Positions 9,472-18,056 are shown, counted from the stretch's first letter. The stretch: 21,318 bases of DNA from a virus (IMGVR_UViG_2603880150_000003), one strand, 5' to 3'. Made by a program: numbers and translations. The notes: generated by a model not told the origin, from the sequence alone.

Positions 9472-9708
9472 ACATCCCGGTTTCTTCCACCATCGCACCG
9501 GAAAAGCGACTATGAGGGTAACCCTGCGTCTGTCAGCACAGTAAAACCCGGTGTGCATCGTTTTTGATTATTCCCGCACACTCACGCAGAAGGAATTCCC
9601 CGTCGGGCTACGGTCATGGTTAATGCGGGAATACGGCGACGATACAGCGCAGCTAAAAGGGTAATGGACAGAAAGAGCGGTTTATTTCATTCCACAGGAT
9701 TCTGAGTG

Positions 9709-9718
9709 CCCCCCCCCC
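9709..9718. repeat. Homopolymeric C10 tract (G10 on the - strand) about 115 bp upstream of bor
   Basis: Directly counted: positions 9709-9718 are ten consecutive C residues, followed by tcctcc. Confidence 0.9.
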
Positions 9719-9834
9719 TCCTCCAATAGGCTGAGCATCCACCTATATAGTTTTAATTTTCATCAATCCATTTAACTATCGTTTAATTGTTGTCACATAG
9801 GATTCTGCCGTTTTTAACAATGCAGGATAATAAG

Positions 9835-10128
9835 ATGAAAAAAATGTTGTTTTCTGCCGCTCTGGCAATGCTTATTACAGGATGTGCTCAACAGACGTTT
9901 ACTGTTGGAAACAAACCGACAGCAGTAACACCAAAGGAAACCATCACCCATCATTTCTTCGTTTCGGGAATTGGACAGGAGAAAACTGTTGATGCAGCCA
10001 AAATTTGTGGCGGCGCAGAAAATGTTGTTAAAACAGAAACCCAGCAAACATTCGTAAATGGATTTCTCGGTTTTATTACTTTAGGCATTTATACTCCGCT
10101 GGAAGCGCGTGTGTATTGCTCACAATAA
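9835..10128 (+). CDS. bor: Bor lipoprotein (serum-resistance moron)
   Basis: MKKMLFSAALAMLITGCAQQTFTVGNKPTAVTPKETITHHFFVSGIGQEKTVDAAKICGGAENVVKTETQQTFVNGFLGFITLGIYTPLEARVYCSQ matches lambda Bor; lipobox LITGC; antisense to the lysis genes as in lambda. Confidence 0.85.
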   Translation: MKKMLFSAALAMLITGCAQQTFTVGNKPTAVTPKETITHHFFVSGIGQEKTVDAAKICGGAENVVKTETQQTFVNGFLGFITLGIYTPLEARVYCSQ

Positions 10129-10159
10129 TTGCATGAGTTGCCCATAGATATGGGCAGCT

Positions 10160-10621
10160 CTATCTGCACTGCTCATTAATATACTTCTGGGTTCCTTCCA
10201 GTTGTTTTTGCATAGTAATCAGCCTCTCTCTGAGGGTGAAATAATCCCGTTCAGCGGTGTCTGCCAGTCGGGGGGAGGCTGCATTATCCACGCCGGAGGC
10301 GGTGGTGGCTTCACGCACTGACTGACAGACTGCTTTGATGTGCAACCGACGACGACCAGCGGCAACATCATCACGCAGAGCATCATTTTCAGCTTTCGCA
10401 TCAGCTAACTCCTTCGTGTATTTTGCATCGAGCGCAGCAACATCACGCTGACGCATCTGCATGTCAGTAATTGCCGCGTTCGCCAGCTTCAGTTCTCTGG
10501 CATTTTTGTCGCGCTGGGCTTTGTAGGTAATGGCGTTATCACGGTAATGATTAACAGCCCATGACAGGCCGACGATGATGCAGATAACCAGAGCGGAGAT
10601 AATCGCGGTTACTCTGTTCAT
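10160..10621 (-). CDS. Rz: Spanin inner-membrane subunit Rz
   Basis: [85 protein letters not shown].. matches lambda Rz; ATGA overlap with the R stop. The listed ORF starts 4 codons earlier. Confidence 0.85.
   Translation of the reverse strand: MNRVTAIISALVICIIVGLSWAVNHYRDNAITYKAQRDKNARELKLANAAITDMQMRQRDVAALDAKYTKELADAKAENDALRDDVAAGRRRLHIKAVCQSVREATTASGVDNAASPRLADTAERDYFTLRERLITMQKQLEGTQKYINEQCR
10219..10401 (-). CDS. Rz1: Spanin outer-membrane lipoprotein Rz1, embedded in Rz in the +1 frame
   Basis: [60 protein letters not shown]: lipobox VVGC and proline-rich segment as in lambda Rz1. Confidence 0.75.
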   Translation of the reverse strand: MRKLKMMLCVMMLPLVVVGCTSKQSVSQCVKPPPPPAWIMQPPPDWQTPLNGIISPSERG

Positions 10622-11115
10622 TGCTGACCCCACAAACAGATTTCACGCTCAATCTCACGACGAGTCATGAGACCTTTCCATTGCTTACCGCCAGCATATG
10701 TCCAGCGACGTAGCTGATCACATGCGCCTTTAATATCACCCTGGTTTATTTTGCGAAGAAGCGTCGATGTTCTGAAATTGCCAGCACCCACGTTGTAGAC
10801 GAACGAGTAAAGAGCGCCGCGCGTTGTTTCCGGTATATCGACTTTGATGTACGGGTTAATTTGTCTGGCGACAGTGGCAAGGTCTTTATTCAGGAGGGCT
10901 TTGCACTCTGCTTCGGTATACGTTTTACCGGGAATGATGTCTTTTCCTGTATGCCCGTGACATACAGTCCATACACCAACTATGTCTTTGTAAGGATTAT
11001 GTCTCACACCTTCCAGACCATCGTTACCACTTGGGCCAGTGATTAATACAGATGCTATAGCAATAGCCCCGCCACCAATAGCAGCAGCAACAGCTTTTCG
11101 TAATGATGGAGGCAT
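10618..11115 (-). CDS. R: SAR endolysin (phage 21 R / RrrD-type lysozyme)
   Basis: 165 aa with N-terminal signal-anchor-release-like hydrophobic segment ([20 protein letters not shown]) and lysozyme-like core; unlike lambda R transglycosylase; follows the holin with overlapping stop/start. Confidence 0.85.
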   Translation of the reverse strand: MPPSLRKAVAAAIGGGAIAIASVLITGPSGNDGLEGVRHNPYKDIVGVWTVCHGHTGKDIIPGKTYTEAECKALLNKDLATVARQINPYIKVDIPETTRGALYSFVYNVGAGNFRTSTLLRKINQGDIKGACDQLRRWTYAGGKQWKGLMTRREIEREICLWGQQ

Positions 11116-11330
11116 TATCCACCTCTCGCAGCCTTGCGCTTATCTTCTTTAATCTTGAAATAAAGGTTTGTCAGGTACGTCAGCAGGCCAAATACCAGGC
11201 TACCCAGCACTCCAATTGCCGCCCACTGTGAGGGCGTGACTTTATCTAGCAGCTGTAAAAACCAGTACCCGGCACTACCTGCTGAGGTGCCATAGGCGAC
11301 ACCCGTTGTTAACTTATCCATGGATTTCAT
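11115..11330 (-). CDS. S: Holin, phage 21 S-type pinholin (EssD-like)
   Basis: 71 aa [71 protein letters not shown]; two TM segments and a charged C-terminus, matching S21. Confidence 0.85.
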
Positions 11331-11453
11331 AACCCCACCTCGCAGACAAAGCGGGTGTAAATTGAGGGAATACTACGAAACGTAACAGACTCGGAGTCAG
11401 TGAATAACTCAGGTATTGGGTTATCAGCTAATATCGAGACTCAAAAAATGGAA

Positions 11454-11475
11454 AAACCCGCTCGACGGCGGGTTT
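11454..11475 (-). terminator. Candidate hairpin/terminator upstream of S on the late strand
   Basis: Inverted repeat aaacccgc/gcgggttt with 6-nt loop; on the - strand the stem is followed by a short U-run. Weak. Confidence 0.3.
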
Positions 11476-11902
11476 AAGCTGTGTGACGAAGTAACCACTC
11501 TTAACAGCATAACCAATTTTTTACGTACGTAAACCACTAAATGATATTTGCGAGAATGCTACCGAGTATTGAAAACACCACTACAAATACATAAGAAAAT
11601 CTCAACAAATAACCAACAAATAATTTCCAGTGTTATTTTTAGCCGGTTTAAATTGAACCTTCAAATTATAGAGCACTTATAAATAACAGCCGTTAATATA
11701 AATTGGCTAACAGATTTATTTTTATTCAGCCAAGAGCCATGAATAGGATTCGATAGAAAAAAGTTCAGATAAAAATAGAGATCTACTTCACAAATCAAAC
11801 GAGAAACCAAAACTTACATCTTGAAATAATCACATTGATTAGATGAATATTTATCGCGCAGTGACATCATTTTTTAATAATAGTTCAAAAAAAGGGCTCA
11901 CG

Positions 11903-13000
11903 ATGAAAAAATTAACAGTGGCAATTTCTGCTGTAGCTGCATCAGTACTGATGGCGATGTCTGCTCAGGCAGCTGAAATTTATAATAAAGACAGTAACAA
12001 GCTGGATCTGTACGGGAAAGTTAATGCTAAGCACTACTTCTCCTCTAATGATGCAGATGATGGTGATACTACTTATGCCCGTCTTGGCTTCAAAGGTGAA
12101 ACCCAAATCAACGATCAACTGACTGGTTTCGGTCAGTGGGAATATGAATTCAAAGGCAACCGCGCTGAATCTCAAGGCTCCTCCAAAGACAAAACCCGTC
12201 TTGCATTTGCAGGCCTGAAATTCGGTGACTACGGCTCCATCGATTACGGCCGTAACTACGGTGTAGCATACGACATCGGCGCGTGGACTGACGTCCTGCC
12301 AGAATTCGGTGGTGACACTTGGACTCAAACCGACGTGTTCATGACTCAACGTGCAACTGGTGTTGCAACCTATCGTAACAACGACTTCTTTGGTCTGGTT
12401 GATGGTCTGAACTTTGCTGCTCAGTACCAAGGCAAAAACGATCGTAGCGATTTCGATAACTACACTGAAGGTAACGGTGATGGCTTCGGTTTCTCTGCTA
12501 CCTATGAATACGAAGGATTCGGTATCGGTGCAACTTATGCGAAATCTGATCGTACCGACACTCAAGTTAATGCAGGGAAAATTCTTCCTGAAGTATTTGC
12601 TTCCGGTAAAAATGCAGAAGTTTGGGCCGCAGGTCTGAAATATGACGCTAACAACATTTACCTGGCCACTACCTATTCTGAAACCCAGAATATGACTGTA
12701 TTTGCTGATCACTTCGTTGCTAATAAAGCCCAAAACTTCGAAGCTGTTGCACAATATCAGTTCGATTTCGGTCTGCGTCCGTCCGTTGCTTACCTGCAAT
12801 CTAAAGGTAAGGATCTTGGAGTATGGGGCGATCAGGACTTAGTCAAATATGTTGATGTAGGTGCAACCTATTACTTCAACAAAAATATGTCTACTTTCGT
12901 TGATTACAAAATCAACCTGCTTGACAAAAATGACTTCACTAAAGCACTCAGTGTAAGCACTGATGACATCGTTGCTGTAGGTCTGGTTTACCAGTTCTAA
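11903..13000 (+). CDS. nmpC: Outer membrane porin NmpC/OmpD/Lc (OmpC family), apparently intact
   Basis: [23 protein letters not shown] signal peptide, then [23 protein letters not shown].. and C-terminal ..VAVGLVYQF, the general-porin signature; SD aaaggg upstream. The listed ORF starts 20 codons upstream but 11903 fits the signal peptide. Convergent with Q, as for nmpC in DLP12. Confidence 0.9.
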   Translation: MKKLTVAISAVAASVLMAMSAQAAEIYNKDSNKLDLYGKVNAKHYFSSNDADDGDTTYARLGFKGETQINDQLTGFGQWEYEFKGNRAESQGSSKDKTRLAFAGLKFGDYGSIDYGRNYGVAYDIGAWTDVLPEFGGDTWTQTDVFMTQRATGVATYRNNDFFGLVDGLNFAAQYQGKNDRSDFDNYTEGNGDGFGFSATYEYEGFGIGATYAKSDRTDTQVNAGKILPEVFASGKNAEVWAAGLKYDANNIYLATTYSETQNMTVFADHFVANKAQNFEAVAQYQFDFGLRPSVAYLQSKGKDLGVWGDQDLVKYVDVGATYYFNKNMSTFVDYKINLLDKNDFTKALSVSTDDIVAVGLVYQF

Positions 13001-13016
13001 TCTGATTACGAAAAAG

Positions 13017-13050
13017 ATATGTTGCGGGAGGCTTTGCCTCCCCAACATAT
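13017..13050 (-). terminator. Strong hairpin just after the nmpC stop; on the - strand followed by aucuuuuucg (candidate late-strand terminator, possibly tR')
   Basis: About 15-bp stem (atatgttgcgggaggc / gcctccccaacatat, one bulge) with ttt loop; rc of 13008-13016 gives a U-run after the stem on the - strand. Confidence 0.4.
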
Positions 13051-13137
13051 AAGTGGCTCCCTCAAGCCACTTCCTTTAGGAGCACAACCTTGCTTCTAAC
13101 TATATAAACCTTCTGTTATATATTACCCTTTATTTTT

Positions 13138-13162
13138 GGGGGCGTTGCAACGCCCCATTTTT
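13138..13162 (+). terminator. Intrinsic terminator for nmpC
   Basis: Perfect palindrome gggggcgttgcaacgcccc followed by atttttaataattttt on the + strand. Confidence 0.55.
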
Positions 13163-13189
13163 AATAATTTTTAGTAAACAACTGGCATA

Positions 13190-13573
13190 TTAATTAGAGT
13201 TATTAACAACGATATCCATCTCTAACCGGATATCTAATGCCATTAACATCCCTTCAATTATGCCCTCAGCCTTCTGTAACCTTTTCCCGATATAACCATC
13301 AGAGCAGCAATGCTTACCTGCCAGTGACATGAATGTCATACCGACTACATAATAATCTACTAATAAATCGTGCAAATCGCTGTTGTTCTTTTTCAGACGG
13401 GCCATGCACCCGCAAATAATCATCGCGTCATCGTCACAACATTGCGGGCGAGATTTTACTTTTGAAGTAATTAATCCCTTAAAACCGGCGGCAATGGACG
13501 ACCAGGTCACATCTTCATGATTATTAGCCGCCCACGCTCCCCAACGCTCAAGAACCATCTGAATATCACGCAT
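13190..13573 (-). CDS. Late-gene antiterminator Q (QuuD / phage-82-type Q-like), 127 aa
   Basis: [62 protein letters not shown].. with Cys-rich motif; sits between rusA and the lysis genes; SD GGAG precedes the MRDIQ start (the listed ORF begins at an upstream TTG). Confidence 0.8.
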   Translation of the reverse strand: MRDIQMVLERWGAWAANNHEDVTWSSIAAGFKGLITSKVKSRPQCCDDDAMIICGCMARLKKNNSDLHDLLVDYYVVGMTFMSLAGKHCCSDGYIGKRLQKAEGIIEGMLMALDIRLEMDIVVNNSN

Positions 13574-13658
13574 CAACTTACTCCACAAAAATCAGACCAG
13601 AACGCCAATTACAAGCAAAAATCAACAAAACAGTATTAGTTGATTGTTATCTCTGACT

Positions 13659-13796
13659 TCATACTCCTGCTCCTGTCAGGGTTTTGGCGTAATTCTTCAG
13701 TATTCGGTAATCGGTCAAAACAGAACCAGGAAAACGATATAAGCGCAGGCGCATCCAGCGGTGGCGAAGACGTTCTGCCACATAAAACTCAAACAT
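13659..13796 (-). CDS. Small ORF (45 aa), YlcG-like by position between rusA and Q
   Basis: ATG overlaps the rusA stop (TGATG); translation [45 protein letters not shown]. Below the ORF-track length cutoff; identity inferred from synteny only. Confidence 0.4.
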   Translation of the reverse strand: MFEFYVAERLRHRWMRLRLYRFPGSVLTDYRILKNYAKTLTGAGV

Positions 13797-14158
13797 CATT
13801 CATTCCCCATTTCGGTGATGGTCAGTTCCAGCCTCCCACCTTTGGTAACAGGCATCTTCACAACGCGGTAATCAACGACCTGAGCATCATCCAGCCAGAA
13901 ACCTGCTTTAGTGAGTGCGTCAAAAGCGGCTTTTTGCAGATTATCCAGGTCACGGCGACGGCGATCCGGCATGTGGCACTCAATGCGGATTTTCACAGGG
14001 ATAGCCAGGCCGATATCCAGCATTGCGTTTTTAATGATTCTGGCGACGTTATCGCGGTATGCCTGCCCCTCTGCGCTGACGTGCGTGCGCCCGCGATTAT
14101 GGCGGTAATAGCGATTATTGCTCGGAGGCCAGGGTAATGTGATGCTGTAGGTATTCAC
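13796..14158 (-). CDS. rusA: Holliday junction resolvase RusA
   Basis: [120 protein letters not shown] matches RusA; GTG start. Confidence 0.9.
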   Translation of the reverse strand: MNTYSITLPWPPSNNRYYRHNRGRTHVSAEGQAYRDNVARIIKNAMLDIGLAIPVKIRIECHMPDRRRRDLDNLQKAAFDALTKAGFWLDDAQVVDYRVVKMPVTKGGRLELTITEMGNE

Positions 14159-14364
14159 GCCTTAATAATCCCCTCTTTCAGCCACATAACCTGTGTTTTC
14201 GCCATACCTTCCAGCGCGCATTCTTTTGCATATGCAGCATCGACTTGCTTGGCATGCCCTTTACCGGCAATCTTCTGTATGCGCTAAACCTAGATAGAAT
14301 CCACTCTGTGCACATTGAAGCCCGCTCTATGCTTCCTTTCAGGTATTGAAGGGATTGAGATGGG
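14156..14364 (-). pseudogene. ybcO-like (DUF1364) gene remnant, frameshifted/internally deleted
   Basis: The last ~40 codons (..[29 protein letters not shown]) match the YbcO C-terminus and its stop overlaps the rusA start, but upstream the frame is broken by stops and the space between ninX and rusA (~207 bp) is too short for a full gene. Confidence 0.5.
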
Positions 14365-14712
14365 CTAAGCATTATTGGCCTCCTGCATCAGGAGAAAGAC
14401 AATCATGGCGGCGCGGAGAGGTCTGGTATCAAATATTGGGCTTACGCCTTTTGCATCCACACACCATTCAGTTAACTGGTCTAAGATAGAAATCCTGTAT
14501 TTCTCAATAATCGGCCATGAAGCGCTCGGATCATTGCAGTAATCAGGCAAATGATTTAATGGCTCAAAAGTTGTATCAGCATTTCCGTAATACCATTTGT
14601 TGGTGTTATTCCCTGATGTTTCCGGTTTACTTGCCCAAAGGCCTTTAAAAATTATGTCTCCTACCATTCTGTTAATTTCAAAATCACTTAACTGTGAATA
14701 ATCCATTGTCAT
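14365..14712 (-). CDS. nin-region protein, NinX/DUF2591-like (family name from memory)
   Basis: [34 protein letters not shown]..; ATGA overlap with the ninE stop at 14709-14712 supports this start rather than the upstream one in the ORF track. Confidence 0.6.
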   Translation of the reverse strand: MTMDYSQLSDFEINRMVGDIIFKGLWASKPETSGNNTNKWYYGNADTTFEPLNHLPDYCNDPSASWPIIEKYRISILDQLTEWCVDAKGVSPIFDTRPLRAAMIVFLLMQEANNA

Positions 14713-14885
14713 TTCCTCGCACGATATCTTAGCCACCGGATATCCCACAGGTGAGCTGTGTAATTGAAGGTTTTTACGTCAGATTCTTTTGGGATTGGCT
14801 TGCGTTTATTTCTGGAGCGTTTCGTTGGAAGGTATTTGCAGTTTTCGCAGATGATGTCGGTGAAACTTCGTCGCTGTCGCCTCAT
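14709..14885 (-). CDS. ninE: NinE
   Basis: 58 aa [58 protein letters not shown] resembles lambda/DLP12 NinE; ATGA overlap with the upstream Dam fragment stop. Confidence 0.75.
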   Translation of the reverse strand: MRRQRRSFTDIICENCKYLPTKRSRNKRKPIPKESDVKTFNYTAHLWDIRWLRYRARK

Positions 14886-15229
14886 GCCGCCCTCCTGACG
14901 CCCTGCCCGATCGCCATCAATGCCGCTTTGGATACGGTAGTAAACATCCGTCGAGGACTGATGAACAGTCGCCAAATCAGCAGCATGGAGCCTTTGCTGT
15001 TTTCCTTCTTCTCCAACCCTGTCGATGGTTCGATAAAATTAATCCGTCCATCAGTGATAATGCGAACTTCGTCGACACTCTCCAGAGCCTTGCTGAACCA
15101 TCCGACTGACATATCCTCTGGCACAAGCATAACTACCGTCTGTCGCTGTTGTATGCACTGCTCAGCGGCTTTTTCCACCCACGGCCTGATATTGCTGTAC
15201 GGTGGGTTATTCCAGATTGCACCGTGGCT
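14882..15229 (-). pseudogene. Phage Dam-type N6-adenine DNA methyltransferase, 3' fragment (contains the NPPY motif)
   Basis: Minus-strand translation from 15229: [71 protein letters not shown]..; catalytic NPPY motif present, no N-terminal domain; an in-frame stop lies immediately upstream (15230-15232). Confidence 0.7.
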
Positions 15230-15230
15230 T

Positions 15231-15542
15231 TACGAGTATTGCCGGAAGCGAGGCCTGTATCCGGATGCGGAGTCTTATCCGTGGAAATCAAACGCGCACT
15301 ACTGGCTGGTTACCAACCTGTATCAGAACATGCGGGCCAATGCGCTTACTGATGCGGAATTACGGCGCAAGGCTGCCGATGAACTGACCTGTATGACAGC
15401 GCGAATTAACCGTGGTGAGACGATACCTGAACCAGTAAAACAACTTCCTGTTATGGGCGGTAGACCTCTAAATCGTGCACAGGCTCTGGCGAAGATCGCA
15501 GAAATTAAAGCTAAGTTCGGACTGAAAGGAGCAAGTGTATGA
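15231..15542 (+). pseudogene. P: Replication protein P, C-terminal ~104 codons only
   Basis: YEYCRKRGLYPDAESYPWKSNAHYWLVTNLYQNMRANALTDAELRRKAADELTCMTARINRGETIPEPVKQLPVMGGRPLNRAQALAKIAEIKAKFGLKGASV matches the lambda P C-terminus; the preceding 160 codons of the listed ORF are antisense to ninE/dam and unrelated to P. Confidence 0.8.
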
Positions 15543-15829
15543 CGGGCAAAGAGGCAATTATTCATTACCTGGGGACGCATAATAGCTTCTGTGCGCCGGA
15601 CGTTGCCGCGCTAACAGGCGCAACAGTAACCAGCATAAATCAGGCCGCGGCTAAAATGGCACGGGCAGGTCTTCTGGTTATCGAAGGTAAGGTCTGGCGA
15701 ACGGTGTATTACCGGTTTGCTACCAGGGAAGAACGGGAAGGAAAGATGAGCACGAACCTGATTTTTAAGGAGTGTCGCCAGAGTGCCGCGATGAAACGGG
15801 TATTGGCGGTATATAGAGTTAAAAGATGA
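15539..15829 (+). CDS. ren: Ren
   Basis: MTGKEAIIHYLGTHNSFCAPDVAALTGATVTSINQAAAKMARAGLLVIEGKVWRTVYYRFATREEREGKMSTNLIFKECRQSAAMKRVLAVYRVKR matches lambda Ren; ATGA overlap with the P stop. Confidence 0.85.
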   Translation: MTGKEAIIHYLGTHNSFCAPDVAALTGATVTSINQAAAKMARAGLLVIEGKVWRTVYYRFATREEREGKMSTNLIFKECRQSAAMKRVLAVYRVKR

Positions 15830-15902
15830 CCATCTATATTACTGAGCTAATAACAGGCCTGCTGGTAATCGCAGGCCTTTTTATTTGGGGGAGAGGGAAG
15901 TC

Positions 15903-16343
15903 ATGAAAAAACTAACCTTTGAAATTCGATCTCCAGCACATCAGCAAAACGCTATTCACGCAGTACAGCAAATCCTTCCAGACCCAACCAAACCAATCGT
16001 AGTAACCATTCAGGAACGCAACCGTAGCTTAGACCAAAACAGGAAGCTATGGGCCTGCTTAGGTGACGTCTCTCGTCAGGTTGAATGGCATGGTCGCTGG
16101 CTGGATGCAGAAAGCTGGAAGTGTGTGTTTACCGCAGCATTAAAGCAGCAGGATGTTGTTCCTAACCTTGCCGGGAATGGCTTTGTGGTAATAGGCCAGT
16201 CAACCAGCAGGATGCGTGTAGGCGAATTTGCGGAGCTATTAGAGCTTATACAGGCATTCGGTACAGAGCGTGGCGTTAAGTGGTCAGACGAAGCGAGACT
16301 GGCTCTGGAGTGGAAAGCGAGATGGGGAGATCGGGCTGCATGA
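15903..16343 (+). CDS. ninB: NinB (Orf-family recombination mediator)
   Basis: MKKLTFEIRSPAHQQNAIHAVQQILPDPTKPIVVTIQERNRSLDQNRKLWACLGDVSRQVEWHGRWLDAESWKCVFTAALKQQD.. matches lambda NinB; SD gagggaag upstream. Confidence 0.9.
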   Translation: MKKLTFEIRSPAHQQNAIHAVQQILPDPTKPIVVTIQERNRSLDQNRKLWACLGDVSRQVEWHGRWLDAESWKCVFTAALKQQDVVPNLAGNGFVVIGQSTSRMRVGEFAELLELIQAFGTERGVKWSDEARLALEWKARWGDRAA

Positions 16344-16708
16344 CTATCAAATCAAATACGCCAGCACACGACAAGGACTGCTGGCAAACGCCGCTTTGGC
16401 TTTTTGATGCACTGGATATTGAGTTTGGATTCTGGCTGGATTCGGCAGCGAGCGACAAAAATGCTCTGTGTGCTCACTGGCTAACTGAGGCCGACGACGC
16501 GCTCAATTCTGAGTGGGTACACAAAGCATCTCCTGTTGAGTTAAGAACGAGTATTGAGATGGCACATAGCCTTGCTCAAATTGGAGTCAGGTTTGTGCCA
16601 ATACCAGTAGAAACAGACGAAGAATTTCATACGTTAGCCGCATCCCTTTCACAAAAGCTGGAAATGATGGTGGCGAAAGCAGAAGCAGATGAGAGAGACC
16701 AGGTATGA
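16340..16708 (+). pseudogene. Dam-type methyltransferase 5' fragment (62 codons, DCWQTP motif) fused in frame to an early-left small ORF (possibly lambda orf63-like)
   Basis: MTIKSNTPAHDKDCWQTPLWLFDALDIEFGFWLDSAASDKNALCAHWLTEADDALNSEWVH is the N-terminal half expected upstream of the NPPY fragment at 14882-15229; after His62 the sequence (KASPVELRTSIEMAHSLAQIG..) is unrelated to Dam. ATGA overlap with the ninB stop. Confidence 0.65.
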
Positions 16709-16784
16709 CAACCACTGAATGCATTTTTCTGGCAGCGGGCTTCATATTCTGTGTGCTTATGCTTGCCGACATGGGACTTGTTCA

Positions 16785-17000
16785 ATGACACCTCAGCAAG
16801 AAAACGCCCTTCGCAGTATTGCCCGTCAGGCTAATTCTGAAATCAAAAAAGCCAGACAGCAGTTTCCGGATAAAAACGTCGATGACATTTGCCGTAGCGT
16901 ACTGAAGAAGCACCGCGAAACGGTAACGCTGATGGGATTCACACCGACTCATTTAAGCCTGGCGATCGGCATGTTAAACGGCGTCTTTAAGGAGCGATGA
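16785..17000 (+). CDS. Small early-left ORF (71 aa), lambda orf61-region-like
   Basis: MTPQQENALRSIARQANSEIKKARQQFPDKNVDDICRSVLKKHRETVTLMGFTPTHLSLAIGMLNGVFKER; assigned by position upstream of the TraR-like ORF and ea22; start chosen at the internal Met of the listed ORF. Confidence 0.45.
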   Translation: MTPQQENALRSIARQANSEIKKARQQFPDKNVDDICRSVLKKHRETVTLMGFTPTHLSLAIGMLNGVFKER

Positions 17001-17098
17001 ACATGAAAAGCAAAATCATCAGGGAGCTACAGGCTCCTTTTTTATTATTCGCATTCACCCTCAAGCGTATTAACCAACAATTCAGGGATTAATGGAAG

Positions 17099-17320
17099 AT
17101 GGCAGACATCATTGATTCAGCATCAGAAATCGAAGAATTACAGCGCAATACAGCAATAAAAATGCGTCGTCTGAACCACCAGGTTATATCTGCCACTCAT
17201 TGTTGTGAGTGTGGCGATCCCATAGATGAGCGAAGACGCCTGGCCGTTCAGGGCTGTCGGACTTGTGCAAGTTGCCAGGAAGATCTGGAGCTTATCAGTA
17301 AACAGAGAGGTTCGAAGTGA
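17099..17320 (+). CDS. TraR/DksA-family C4 zinc-finger protein (lambda Orf73-like)
   Basis: 73 aa with CCECGDPIDERRRLAVQGCRTCASCQ four-Cys motif typical of TraR/DksA C4 zinc fingers; ATGA overlap with ea22. Confidence 0.65.
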   Translation: MADIIDSASEIEELQRNTAIKMRRLNHQVISATHCCECGDPIDERRRLAVQGCRTCASCQEDLELISKQRGSK

Positions 17321-17865
17321 GCGAAATTAACTCTCAGGCACTGCGTGAAGCGGCAGAGCAGGCAATGCATGACGACTGGGGATTTGACGCAGACCTTTTC
17401 CATGAATTGGTAACACCATCGATTGTGCTGGAACTGCTGGATGAACGGGAAAGAAACCAGCAATACATCAAACGCCGCGACCAGGAGAACGAGGATATTG
17501 CGCTAACAGTAGGGAAACTGCGTGTTGAGCTTGAAACAGCAAAATCAAAACTCAACGAGCAGCGTGAGTATTACGAAGGTGTTATCTCGGATGGGAGTAA
17601 GCGTATTGCTAAACTGGAAAGCAACGAAGTCCGTGAAGACGGAAACCAGTTTCTTGTTGTTCGCCATCCTGGGAAGACTCCTGTTATCAAGCACTGCACT
17701 GGTGACCTGGAAGAGTTTCTGCGGCAGTTAATCGAACAAGACCCGTTAGTAACTATCGACATCATTACGCATCGCTATTACGGGGTTGGAGGTCAATGGG
17801 TTCAGGATGCAGGTGAGTATCTGCATATGATGTCTGACGCTGGCATTCGCATCAAAGGAGAGTGA
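17317..17865 (+). CDS. ea22: Ea22
   Basis: 182-aa translation MSEINSQALREAAEQAMHDDWGFDADLFHELVTPSIVLELLDERERNQQYIKRRDQENEDIALTVGKLRVELETAKSKLNEQ.. matches lambda Ea22 as recalled, in lambda-like position. Confidence 0.8.
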   Translation: MSEINSQALREAAEQAMHDDWGFDADLFHELVTPSIVLELLDERERNQQYIKRRDQENEDIALTVGKLRVELETAKSKLNEQREYYEGVISDGSKRIAKLESNEVREDGNQFLVVRHPGKTPVIKHCTGDLEEFLRQLIEQDPLVTIDIITHRYYGVGGQWVQDAGEYLHMMSDAGIRIKGE

Positions 17866-18056
17866 GATCGGTTTTGTAAAAGATAACGCTTGTGAAAATG
17901 CTGAATTTCGCGTCGTCTTCACAGAGATGCCAGAGTCTGTAGTGTCAGATGATGACCGTACTCAAACATCGGGTTGAGTATTATCTTACTGTTTCTTTAC
18001 ATAAACATTGCTGATACCGTTTAGCTGAAACGACATACATTGCAAGGAGTTTATAA

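Noticed and set aside
11942-12799. 285-aa ORF antisense to nmpC
   Set aside because: The + strand frame encodes a complete porin with signal peptide and conserved C-terminus; the antisense ORF has no recognisable features.
13051-13189. Attempt to place the Q-dependent late promoter (pR'/qut) just downstream of Q
   Set aside because: The best candidates (for example TTGCAA with a 19-nt spacer to TAATAT) are weak matches; I cannot support a specific promoter call from sequence alone.
13640-14158. 165-aa + strand ORF and 65-aa ORF over rusA, plus the 64-aa - strand ORF 14178-14372
   Set aside because: The first two are antisense to rusA and the small coupled ORF. The third is an alternative frame across the decayed ybcO remnant; only the frame with the YbcO-like C-terminus has homology support.
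14751-15230. N-terminal 160 codons of the listed 263-aa ORF 14751-15542
   Set aside because: Only the last ~104 codons resemble P; the upstream part is antisense to ninE and the Dam 3' fragment and is read-through before the first stop, not real coding sequence.
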